Positions 1 to 8,626 of a stretch of 64,000 bases of DNA are shown here, one piece after another. Below the pieces are notes generated by a model, which was given only the letters and a program-made list of their open reading frames with translations, was not told where the DNA came from and did no database searches. Location of the stretch: NCBI GenBank assembly GCA_902789795.1, contig CADAPM010000019.1, positions 803 through 64,802 on the forward strand, read 5' to 3'. Each line of letters starts with the position of its first letter. Within the stretch, counting starts at the first letter, position 1. The DNA comes from an uncultured Eubacteriales bacterium (GTDB taxonomy: Bacteria; Bacillota; Clostridia; Christensenellales; Aristaeellaceae). Both the position numbers and the translations under genes were made by a program.

Positions 1-274
1 ACATTAAAACTGCTTGAATCAAACAAATACTCTGAATTCTGTGATACGACATGTATTCTGTATACAGACTTCACTAAAGCATTCCCACAATATCAGCATT
101 GTTTTCCTAGCGAATACTCCATTAACTCAATTAAGGCTTAAATACCACATTAGCTCTAGCAAGCAAATATCGGTGACATTTACACATTCACACTTCAACG
201 CTTTCTTTTCACTCTTTTTATACTAGGAAGCTGTTTTCCATTGACGAAACTTCAAAGCACCAACGAAAAACAAT

Positions 275-943
275 CTATAAATCCCAGCCCAAATGTATCA
301 TTTTTCTTTCAAGCTCAGAAATTGAACACTGTTTTTCCATTCTATAAGGAGCAATGCTTAGCTTATATCCGTAGAAATGTAAAAGAACAAATCCTATAAA
401 CTCTGAAAAAGACAATGCATCTTGAAGTGGTATTCTACATGACTCATGATTGGATAATGTTAAATGGGAAATGGCGTGCTTACATTCTATGTGATTTGAC
501 GGATCATAATCAACTCGGATGAACACTGGTACACTTTCTTCATCGGCAAACCAATCTTCATCTTCTGCATCAGCATCAATAATTTCTTTTTTTGTCCAGA
601 TTCTGTTGTGCTTTTTTAGAAATACAAGTCTTTCTTTAGCTATTTCTCCATTGTTAATTAAAAATTCTGCTTGAATAATACCCTTATCATAGAGAAGAAT
701 AGTATATTGGCGCGCCAGTAATAGCGCGTCCATTATACGAGAAGCAGATACATGCTTATCTAACATTATGGAATTAGCACTAGACTTATTGCTAAATGAT
801 ATTTCAAACAAATCTGATCTAAACTTCTTTTCGGAAATACCTGATTCATCTCTTATAAGCCCATTATGGCGCAGTTCATTTATTGTCAGATTAATATCTC
901 GTACTAGTTTTCTTACGAGTGATTCGCTTTTTTGCTTACTCAT
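275..943 (-). CDS. hypothetical protein, translationally coupled partner of the upstream SF1 helicase (possibly DUF2290-like, unverified)
   Basis: 222-aa ORF. Its ATG overlaps the helicase stop by 8 nt (936-943). I recognise no catalytic motif. It has an acidic patch DADAEDEDWFADEE and a His/Cys cluster HIECKHAISHLTLSNHESC. The codon composition is AT-rich like its neighbours. Confidence 0.6.
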   Translation of the reverse strand: MSKQKSESLVRKLVRDINLTINELRHNGLIRDESGISEKKFRSDLFEISFSNKSSANSIMLDKHVSASRIMDALLLARQYTILLYDKGIIQAEFLINNGEIAKERLVFLKKHNRIWTKKEIIDADAEDEDWFADEESVPVFIRVDYDPSNHIECKHAISHLTLSNHESCRIPLQDALSFSEFIGFVLLHFYGYKLSIAPYRMEKQCSISELERKMIHLGWDL

Positions 944-3062
944 TTTCTGACTCCTGAAGAAGTTTTAATAATTCTTCTTTGTCAGCATCAAACAATTGTT
1001 TCATCAATTGGACTTTACTCATACTCCCTTCTTGCGATAATCTGTTGATAAGCTCCTTTGTCTGATCGAAAGCTCTCTTTTCTCTGTCTTCTACATCTCG
1101 ATTATTTAAATAAATAGTTTCTTGTTCTTCTCTGGTTGGATAGTGCTCGAAATACAGCTTAAAGTCATGCTCTTTAATTCTATCAAATTCATCGCATAAG
1201 GCTTGCATGTCTTCCCCATAGCCCAAAACTCTTACCCAGCCTTTTGATCGAGTTATAGCAGTGAAAAGCGCATTTCTATCTGTCCTTCTTTGAATTGTAT
1301 TTACACATCTCTGAGCATTTATAATATAGACCATATAACTTTCATTTCCTTTTGCTCTGCGAACACTGGAATAAACTATTGAATCATCTCTGAAATAGTC
1401 TTCGGGATTGGCCGCTCCCGCTGTGTGAATGTGAAATGCAAAGGCATTCTCTCCATTGCTTTTTCTTTGTTCGTTTACAGAATTTAAATACATTATGAGT
1501 TTGTTATAATTATTTGAATAAGATAATGTGTCCATATCAATAATCATTATGTCTTTTGGCGTGAGTTGTTCTTTTGTGATATCATTAAAAATAATCGCAA
1601 AAAGCTCATCGAACATTTCCTTTGCATCACCAAATCTAGAAACCTTTATAATGTCATTCTTATCAACATTTAGGAAGTCAGGACTGGTATCTTTTGTTCT
1701 ATAAAGCGTTGCTTCTTCTCCTTCACAAATTGGTTTATCAGAAATATATCCAATAGCTGTCCAAACATCTGAAGAACCAGGAAGCTGAACCAATCCTTCT
1801 TTTCGATATAATCCCATTCCAATTGCATGTGCTGTCACAATAACAGGTCCTTGATTTCGGTAACATACTATTAAGGGAGTATCATTTTCGATGCCATGGC
1901 CAAAGATTTCTTCTGGGCTGGGCATTTGTTCCTCATTTAAAGCTTGAAGCTCATCATAGGCATATACTAATCTATTTTCAGGACCAATAATCTTAGTGCA
2001 CAGCTGAAGAAAATTTTTATCAAAGTCTTGTGCTTCGTCAATTAGAATACAATCGTATAGTTTTTTAAAATCACTTATTTCCTTAAGAAGATTCCCACAT
2101 ATTGCAGAGAACAGATTTGTATTCCTTCCATATTTTGCTTTTGCATCGTTTAGTGACAAGGGAGAGACTCCGTGCATAAGACATGTTTCATAGTATACTC
2201 CATGAGAATTTGATGAACCCCATGCTTGCATTATCTTAAGTTTTTTATTATTGTATTTTGCCCCTTCATTTTTATTTGCATAAAATCGACCAATCAGATT
2301 CTCAAGCTGCCCTTTTAATGATCTTGTCGAATAGGTAACAACAATATCCCAATCCGGATGTGCAGTATGTAGTTCTGCGGCTTTTCTAGCTAATACAATT
2401 GTTTTTCCACTACCAGCCATCCCGCGTATTCTTTGAATGCCTTCTACATCTGAGAGGATAGCCTCCATTTGACTGTTTCCATATTTCTCGACAAGTGTTG
2501 CCATTTGATTGATCGCATATGCTTTAGTTCCTTCGTTTATACCTTCACGAACCGAGTGGTTATTAATGCCATATGCTTCTTGAATCCCTGATAAAATCTT
2601 TCCATATAAATCATCAGAGTATTCTTCTGTTTCGGTATACTCTTCAACCAGTTTAATCAAGTCATCGCAAGACTTTGCCAAAAGGTATTCTTCCTGCTCA
2701 GTTATCTGCCCTTCACAATATGTTATCGTTTGAAAATTAAAAATCAACTTTTTTCGTCTGAAAAGGAAGGGCTGTTTTTTAAACTTAGATTCAACTTTTG
2801 CATAAATATCATCTTGAATAGCCCCATAATCGGTTACTGGTTTAGTGAGAATGTTAATTATGTAAACACCTCGTTTTGATATTAAAGCAATATCTACACA
2901 TACTTTACGCCTTGTTTGTTCATCATGATAAATTGGGTACCCAAGATACATTTCTCCTTCAACAGAAGGATAGCGTTCTATAAACCTTTGTGAAAATTCA
3001 GCTGCTATGCCGCGTTTAAATGAATCGGATAGTGATCCTAAAATTCTAAGCTTATTATTCAT
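936..3062 (-). CDS. superfamily-1 (UvrD/COG3972-like) helicase with an N-terminal NERD-like nuclease-fold domain
   Basis: Walker A GMAGSGKT, Walker B ILIDEAQDF, motif IV-like VCYRNQG, and motif VI-like FTAITRSKGWVRV. The N-terminal ~120 aa (VCVDIALISKRGVYIINILTK) resembles NERD/PD-(D/E)xK. The C-terminal tail is charged and coiled-coil-like. Confidence 0.8.
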   Translation of the reverse strand: MNNKLRILGSLSDSFKRGIAAEFSQRFIERYPSVEGEMYLGYPIYHDEQTRRKVCVDIALISKRGVYIINILTKPVTDYGAIQDDIYAKVESKFKKQPFLFRRKKLIFNFQTITYCEGQITEQEEYLLAKSCDDLIKLVEEYTETEEYSDDLYGKILSGIQEAYGINNHSVREGINEGTKAYAINQMATLVEKYGNSQMEAILSDVEGIQRIRGMAGSGKTIVLARKAAELHTAHPDWDIVVTYSTRSLKGQLENLIGRFYANKNEGAKYNNKKLKIMQAWGSSNSHGVYYETCLMHGVSPLSLNDAKAKYGRNTNLFSAICGNLLKEISDFKKLYDCILIDEAQDFDKNFLQLCTKIIGPENRLVYAYDELQALNEEQMPSPEEIFGHGIENDTPLIVCYRNQGPVIVTAHAIGMGLYRKEGLVQLPGSSDVWTAIGYISDKPICEGEEATLYRTKDTSPDFLNVDKNDIIKVSRFGDAKEMFDELFAIIFNDITKEQLTPKDIMIIDMDTLSYSNNYNKLIMYLNSVNEQRKSNGENAFAFHIHTAGAANPEDYFRDDSIVYSSVRRAKGNESYMVYIINAQRCVNTIQRRTDRNALFTAITRSKGWVRVLGYGEDMQALCDEFDRIKEHDFKLYFEHYPTREEQETIYLNNRDVEDREKRAFDQTKELINRLSQEGSMSKVQLMKQLFDADKEELLKLLQESENE

Positions 3063-3139
3063 CTGAATTCCTCTTTTCTTTTTATAACTGCCACTGTCAA
3101 CTACAAATACTTATTATGTTTCAATGCGTTCCTTATATA

Positions 3140-4528
3140 TCACATGATCATCTCCATAAACGTCGCCAATGACACATTTCCCATCTCTTTCCCTTTCTCC
3201 ACACATCCCTTTGTAAATCCGGACTTGGAAAAAAGAAAGAAGCATTTTTTCTGGTAGGCGAAAAGGTTACTACGTTCTATCAGCGTTTCCAGCACGCTGA
3301 GATCAACTTTTTCATTTGTCCACTTGCACTCACCAAAGAGGGCGGTATTCTTATCCTGCTCGCCCATAATGTCAATTTCTGCCTGGCGTTTATGAATGGG
3401 ATCGTTGCCCCACCAGCGGCCCAGGGAAGTGAACTCCACCGGGGATTTTCCGTTCAGCAGCAGCTTCCAGAGGTATTGCTTGCAGATTTCTTCAAACACC
3501 TTGCCCATGTAGTCGGAAAGGTGCGGCTCGATGCGCTGATATACCAGGTCCGCCGCACCGCGGGAGATCAGAGAAGCATTCTCTGGCACAAACCGATACC
3601 AAAAGCGGAACATGTTATCGTCAATATAGTAGATCGCCTTTTTAGACGCTTTCTCCCCGTAAGGCAATTCCTTCTGCACGATGCCCAGCGTGATTAGGTT
3701 TTTCAGGTATGTGGAGCAGACGTTGGTGTCTTCACCAATCTTGCTTGAAATCTCCGACATACGAGATGACCCAGTGGCAATGGCAGTAATGATGGCCGTG
3801 TAGATAGCCGGCTCTCGTACCTCCTGTTTCAGCAGATTCATTGGCTCTTCATAGAGCAAGGAATTAGGATCCAGAAAGGTGCTTTTTATATTTCCCTCAA
3901 TGCTGAGCTTGTCACTTATCTGCAAGAGATATTGCGGTGTGCCACCTACGATTCCATAGGCGAGAGCTTTATCTTCAGCAGAGAAGTTCTTGAAATAACT
4001 GCAAGTTTCTGCAAAATCAAAAGGCAGCAACTTGATCTGTGCTGTTCTTCTGCCATACAAAGGCGCTTTGTAAGCCAGCACATGATCCTCCATATAAGAC
4101 ATAGACGAGCCACATAAGATTAGCATCAGCTTTGAGCGATCCTTGTATTTATCAATCAGAAGTTGTAAGGTGGAAGCAAGACTCTTGGATGCTCGCGCCA
4201 CATAGGGATATTCATCAATCGCCAGGATCAAACGCTCTTTTTCCGACAGTTTGAATACCATCTCCAGGGCACCCTGGAAAGAGAGAAAGGATGTTTCCGC
4301 TTCAAAGCCGCTGGCATACTCAATGATGCTTTTGCTGAAGTTTTCCAGGTTCTGCTTGGCGTTGCTCTCGACACCCATGAAATAAATTGCGGGCTTGTCA
4401 TTAATAAAATGATTGATTAGGGCGGTTTTTCCCACGCGACGGCGACCGTAGAGGACGACAAACTCGAACTTATTAGAGTTATATAATCGGTTCAGGGATG
4501 TGATTTCTCTCTCTCTCCCGATAAACAT
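3140..4528 (-). CDS. AAA+ ATPase (archaeal-ATPase family) with a C-terminal DUF234 nuclease-like domain
   Basis: Walker A GRRRVGKT, Walker B LILAIDEYPY, and C-terminal EIDIMGE...GECKW typical of DUF234. I placed the start at ATG 4528 because the SD GGAGGTG lies 6 nt upstream. The ORF track extends to 4543. Confidence 0.8.
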   Translation of the reverse strand: MFIGREREITSLNRLYNSNKFEFVVLYGRRRVGKTALINHFINDKPAIYFMGVESNAKQNLENFSKSIIEYASGFEAETSFLSFQGALEMVFKLSEKERLILAIDEYPYVARASKSLASTLQLLIDKYKDRSKLMLILCGSSMSYMEDHVLAYKAPLYGRRTAQIKLLPFDFAETCSYFKNFSAEDKALAYGIVGGTPQYLLQISDKLSIEGNIKSTFLDPNSLLYEEPMNLLKQEVREPAIYTAIITAIATGSSRMSEISSKIGEDTNVCSTYLKNLITLGIVQKELPYGEKASKKAIYYIDDNMFRFWYRFVPENASLISRGAADLVYQRIEPHLSDYMGKVFEEICKQYLWKLLLNGKSPVEFTSLGRWWGNDPIHKRQAEIDIMGEQDKNTALFGECKWTNEKVDLSVLETLIERSNLFAYQKKCFFLFSKSGFTKGCVEKGKEMGNVSLATFMEMIM

Positions 4529-4697
4529 GCAAAACACCTCCATTAAAGTTGTCTATAATATATCACTCGGAAACAAATTAGTCAAGTATGATTTGGTAAA
4601 TCTAATTTGACTATTTTCAGTTTAGAGAAGGCAACACAATTATGCATATCTTTGCTTTTCTTGGAGTGTTATGATTAGTGGGCGTTTTTCAATTTTA

Positions 4698-5126
4698 TTA
4701 ACTGCCATTTAGCACACCTTGCAGTTCTTTGATCGCCTCATTGATTCTTCGCTGTGCCTGGCGCTTTGTTACATGAATCATTTGGCATATGGCTTGAACT
4801 GTTTTTCCGTCAAAGTAGCGTTCTATCAAAATCGCTGCATTCTCTGGGCGGATTTGATCCAGCAGTTTAAATGCTTCCCGTTTGCGCTGAAAAATCTCGC
4901 TTGTCTGCTGGTCAATGTCTCTCTGCATATCGGTGATAATTGCAACTGTGTCAGCCATGATTGTGATGTTTTTGGTATGCGAAACATGTACTTGATCCAA
5001 AGAAGGAGAGAGTGTAAGAAGACGGTCTTGTAAGCTTTTTATTTGTTTTATTTTCAATCTGATTCTGGATTCGGCGATCCTAAAATAATCCAGATATTCA
5101 CGAGCATCAATCATTACGTCCTCCAT
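4698..5126 (-). CDS. small sigma-70 region-4-like HTH regulator of mobile elements
   Basis: 142 aa. The C-terminal AILIERYFDGKTVQAICQMIHVTKRQAQRRINEAIKEL matches the region-4 HTH pattern. It is positioned next to the replication-initiator-like gene. Confidence 0.55.
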   Translation of the reverse strand: MEDVMIDAREYLDYFRIAESRIRLKIKQIKSLQDRLLTLSPSLDQVHVSHTKNITIMADTVAIITDMQRDIDQQTSEIFQRKREAFKLLDQIRPENAAILIERYFDGKTVQAICQMIHVTKRQAQRRINEAIKELQGVLNGS

Positions 5127-5164
5127 TTCAATTTCAGCAGAATCAAGTGTTTTGAGCGATACTG

Positions 5165-5359
5165 TTAATGTTCTATTTGATAGTTATCGTGTTCTATTGA
5201 GCTGTTTTCTTCATGTGATAAATGGTGTATAGTTCCTTTTCTTGCAATTTCATACCAAGGTGATTTGCTGTTCCCTTTTTTCAAGTATTCTTCATGTTCG
5301 ATATGTTCCAAAGCAGCACCCGCAGTGGGGTCAGGATATCCTTCGGCGTTCTTGTACAT
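5165..5359 (-). CDS. small hypothetical protein of the mobile-element module
   Basis: 64-aa ORF with the N-terminal motif YPDPTAGAAL. It is tightly packed between the two regulator/replication genes. Confidence 0.4.
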   Translation of the reverse strand: MYKNAEGYPDPTAGAALEHIEHEEYLKKGNSKSPWYEIARKGTIHHLSHEENSSIEHDNYQIEH

Positions 5360-5375
5360 GTTTTATCACCCGCTT

Positions 5376-6245
5376 TCATATTCTCATAAACTCAAGATCC
5401 CGGCGAACTGCTGCACCATAATAACTTTCACAGGTTGCCGGAGCATTGAACAATGTTGTTATCAGATATTGTTTTATGTTCCGTATGTCACTGCCGCATT
5501 TGTGCAGACATTCAAGAACGTACTCAACGATACATGCATTGATCTGGCTGTAGCGAAGTCGTACCAGGTCGGCCGGGTATTTCTTCCCGGATATTGTGAA
5601 ATGGCTGCATTGCGCTGACGCGACTTCAACCATGATTGCAAGAATATCCTCAATTTCGTCTTTATCATTTCTTTCAATCAGATCCCAGTAGTCGATTTGA
5701 TCTTTGATCTGCTGTACCAATGCGGGTAACTGCTGCCCTGTATCATGGTTGGATAGATAGGTACTTGATTGATAAGGATTTGATACATCGTTGATTATTA
5801 AATCTTTACTTGATTGTGTTGGTTTTCCCAATACAGGTTTTTCCTGCGTAGGCAAATCCAATGTTGGATTATCCAATGTTGGACTATTCAACGAGGAAAC
5901 AGTTGGAGGCTTCGAAGGCGTTGTGACAATTGCTTTTTCAGATTCTTTATCTTGTGGAAATTCATAAATCACATACTCTGTATCTGACAATTGACCTGCT
6001 TCATTTCTTTGCCTGGAACGGATAATATAACCGGCATGTACCAATTCATTCACCGCAGAGCGAATTGCGTCAACGCCTTCTTTACTGATATGAGCAAGAC
6101 CGGCAAGCGTATAGTCCCAATCTGCAGGAAGTGAAAGCATGACTGATAACAGGCCTTTTGCTTTTAGCGAAAGCTGAGTATCTCGCAAGTGATGATTGGC
6201 CATAACGGTGTAATTGCTGTTCTTTTGGACCCTCATAACAGGCAT
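5376..6245 (-). CDS. HTH replication-initiator-like protein (DUF6017-type C-terminus) of Clostridia mobile elements
   Basis: The N-terminus MRVQKNSNYTVMANHHLRDTQLSLKAKGLLSVMLSLPADWDYTLAGL and the C-terminus NIKQYLITTLFNAPAT are, from recollection, signatures of this element-borne family. The SD GGAGGAG precedes the ATG. Confidence 0.7.
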   Translation of the reverse strand: MPVMRVQKNSNYTVMANHHLRDTQLSLKAKGLLSVMLSLPADWDYTLAGLAHISKEGVDAIRSAVNELVHAGYIIRSRQRNEAGQLSDTEYVIYEFPQDKESEKAIVTTPSKPPTVSSLNSPTLDNPTLDLPTQEKPVLGKPTQSSKDLIINDVSNPYQSSTYLSNHDTGQQLPALVQQIKDQIDYWDLIERNDKDEIEDILAIMVEVASAQCSHFTISGKKYPADLVRLRYSQINACIVEYVLECLHKCGSDIRNIKQYLITTLFNAPATCESYYGAAVRRDLEFMRI

Positions 6246-6622
6246 AAGGATTCTCCTCCATTTTTTGTATTGATTCAGTTTGGCTTTTCATTTGAGGTTC
6301 TTATGACGAAAATGAGCAAAAAAACAAGCACCCAAGCACGGTATCTTGAATGCTGAAATGTTAAGCGACATAGTTAAGGATATTTTGATTTGATGCGAAT
6401 CAGACTAACTAAAGCAGCGTTTATGCTTTACTTATGAGGAACTATTATCCGGGTTGTATAGCTGATGATAGGTGTGCAAAATCTGTGTTTTGGCATGCTT
6501 TATCTTGCGGTTTGTCGGGATTGCTGATAGAATTAATGCGAATAAACTGATGCTGATGCGGACAAAATGGGTCGCTTTAGTAGTCCGTGTTTCTGGTTTG
6601 GCAACAGAAAGCCTTGCAGGTC

Positions 6623-6643
6623 TATGCCACAGTTTATGCCACA
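6623..6643. repeat. two copies of TATGCCACA spaced 12 bp apart
   Basis: Copies at 6623-6631 and 6635-6643, read directly from the sequence. Confidence 0.7.
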
Positions 6644-6650
6644 ATTGAGA

Positions 6651-6736
6651 TTGATTCTGGTTTATTCTGGTTTTTCGCCATTTACTAAAGTATTTGTGAG
6701 GTGAGATGAAATTGATTCTGATTTATTCCGGTTTAT
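6651..6736. repeat. pair of ~25-bp direct repeats
   Basis: TTGATTCTGGTTTATTCTGGTTTTT (6651-6675) versus TTGATTCTGATTTATTCCGGTTTAT (6712-6736), about 22/25 identical. Confidence 0.7.
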
Positions 6737-6817
6737 CTACAGGGACAGTTTCAAATCCTGCCACCTCGATTTTTTATTTCCCTGTTAAATCAGGGAAATT
6801 CGTCTTTTTTGGAGCGG

Positions 6818-6839
6818 TTATGCCCCAATTATGCCCCAA
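6818..6839. repeat. tandem 11-mer TTATGCCCCAA x2
   Basis: Copies at 6818-6828 and 6829-6839. The core is related to the TATGCCAC repeats at 6623-6643. Confidence 0.7.
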
Positions 6840-6865
6840 TTTTGGTATTTCGATAACACGCGCTG

Positions 6866-7040
6866 TCAAAGTGAGTCCAGAAAGGCTTGCATCCTAGCAG
6901 TACTTTCTTTCTGCATTGTTGCCGTCACATGTGCATAACGGTCTAGTGTAAAAGCCGATGAATAGTGCCCTGCACTGGTTTGAATTGTTTTTACATCATC
7001 CAGGCCCTTCCGAACCTCTGCGAAGAGCGCTAGAAGAAGC
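6866..7040 (-). pseudogene. C-terminal remnant of a tyrosine recombinase/integrase
   Basis: The minus-strand translation is YLLLLALFAEVRKGLDDVKTIQTSAGHYSSAFTLDRYAHVTATMQKESTARMQAFLDSL*. It fits the conserved C-terminal pattern (GH-S...T...YAHV). There is a stop codon immediately upstream, and no RHT box or start codon. Confidence 0.6.
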
Positions 7041-7143
7041 AAGTATTAAAATCATTGAGCATTTTACAAAATAACACAGAGAGAATACAAAATAGCGGAG
7101 TATTCTTGTAAAACCGCCGAAGCCGCACGGCTTAGGAGATGAC

Positions 7144-7797
7144 ATGCGAAAAGAGGATGTTCAACAAAACTATGAGCCATTGCCATTACCCATTGATAAA
7201 CCTTTTGAAAAACTAAGCAAGCAAGAAGCAAAACGGTATTTTGATTGGTTCATATCACATGTGGATGAGCGGTCCGACTATGTGCGCAGCAATGTCGCCG
7301 AATTCTTGGATCTCTCCTTGAATGCCCTTGATTTTTCAATGGAGTCAATAATTCCTGTATGGAAATGGTTTCTGCAGGCTGCAGAAATTCAACCTACTCC
7401 CAAATTGAGACTGAATCAATTGCGAAATGCACTGGTTGCTCGTCACAAGCCGGAGCAATTCATTGATTACATTGTTGAGGCAAATAATAAGGAATTGAGT
7501 TTACTTTCTCTTTACATGATTCGCGATATTGGAATGTACACAGGAAAATCGTTTTTAATGAATTATCCGGTCCTTAAGTGGGGATACCATACCGATACAA
7601 AGAAGGATTCTTTTGCAAATATCCCACAAATATTTGGTTTTGTTAATTATTCTTATAATCCGCCTTTTGAAATGCAGTTTGATCCTATTCATTATGCAGA
7701 AATGGCAGCAGGCAATCTGCTGGTTGGCTCAGCAACGGAGAATGATTTATATGATTTTTGCATGAGATGGGTAAAATGGGTTCCGAATAATAAATGA
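7144..7797 (+). CDS. hypothetical protein (cytosolic, immunity-protein-like flavour only)
   Basis: 217-aa ORF with SD TAGGAGA upstream. I recognise no motif. Confidence 0.55.
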   Translation: MRKEDVQQNYEPLPLPIDKPFEKLSKQEAKRYFDWFISHVDERSDYVRSNVAEFLDLSLNALDFSMESIIPVWKWFLQAAEIQPTPKLRLNQLRNALVARHKPEQFIDYIVEANNKELSLLSLYMIRDIGMYTGKSFLMNYPVLKWGYHTDTKKDSFANIPQIFGFVNYSYNPPFEMQFDPIHYAEMAAGNLLVGSATENDLYDFCMRWVKWVPNNK

Positions 7798-7960
7798 TTC
7801 AGATGAGAATGTAATAGGATTGTGTAAAGGTTGAAGCTTATGAAAAAAGATTGATAATGTTAAGAAAAGATCATCTATTCATATTGTGTATAGCCCGTAA
7901 CACTGATGAATAAGATCAACAGCATCGAAAGCTATCAAAAGAACAATATGGCTTGATTGC

Positions 7961-8329
7961 TTGAAGGAGATCTTCGTTTTGAAAAAGAAGATTACATTGA
8001 TTGCAATTGTCCTGTCGTATTTCTTTGGCGGATTGAATGTATTTGTTTACGAACTCACAAACAGAATCTATTATGGCGCTTATATAGTCGGCGGCATTTT
8101 TCTGTTGATGATACCGATATCCCTCATTGATGATCGGAATAATACGGTATCAAGCAGTGTCGCTCTTATTCTGTTGGTTTTCATTCCGACGTCATTGATG
8201 CTGTTATTGAGTGATACTGGTTTCTGGATCATGATTCTGGGTGAAGTTTTGGTTTATATTCTCTCGATCTGTGCATTTGTTTACACATACCGAAAACCCG
8301 CAAAAGGATATAAGAAGAAGGCGGAATGA
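7961..8329 (+). CDS. small integral membrane protein, hypothetical
   Basis: 122 aa with 3-4 hydrophobic helices and a basic C-terminal tail. The start may be TTG 7979, downstream of the AAGGAGA at 7964-7970. Confidence 0.5.
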   Translation: MKEIFVLKKKITLIAIVLSYFFGGLNVFVYELTNRIYYGAYIVGGIFLLMIPISLIDDRNNTVSSSVALILLVFIPTSLMLLLSDTGFWIMILGEVLVYILSICAFVYTYRKPAKGYKKKAE

Positions 8330-8626
8330 AACGCTTTCCGCAAAAGCGGGATTCATTGGACACAAAATATCATATCCATTGATGAACGCCCAGACTTCGG
8401 GCGTAGTTTATTCGCGTAAGATTAATCCGCAGGAAGAATTGTCTTGCGCTTTTTCCAAGCGCGGATTATACTGCAAGCGGCTCGGGAGGGCCTGTATCAT
8501 CCACACGACAGCTGTAGACGATGAGCAGGATCATCTGCATTCCTTATATGGGACGCTCTGCCCTTGACGGATGATCGCGGCCTAAGTGATCGGCACTCAG
8601 TGACAGCGTGACAGGAGGAACTATCC

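Larger units (their letters stand above)
4698..7040 (-). mobile_element. degraded integrative/mobilisable element module (regulator, small protein, replication-initiator-like protein, repeat-rich noncoding region, integrase remnant)
   Basis: The gene set is typical of Clostridia integrative elements. It ends in only the last ~58 codons of a tyrosine recombinase, and no intact recombinase is present in the window. Confidence 0.5.

Noticed and set aside
14-226. 70-aa plus-strand ORF at the window start, plus the small ORFs at 6432-6644 and 6706-6897
   Set aside because: They have no SD, low-complexity AT-rich translations, and lie in repeat-rich noncoding DNA.
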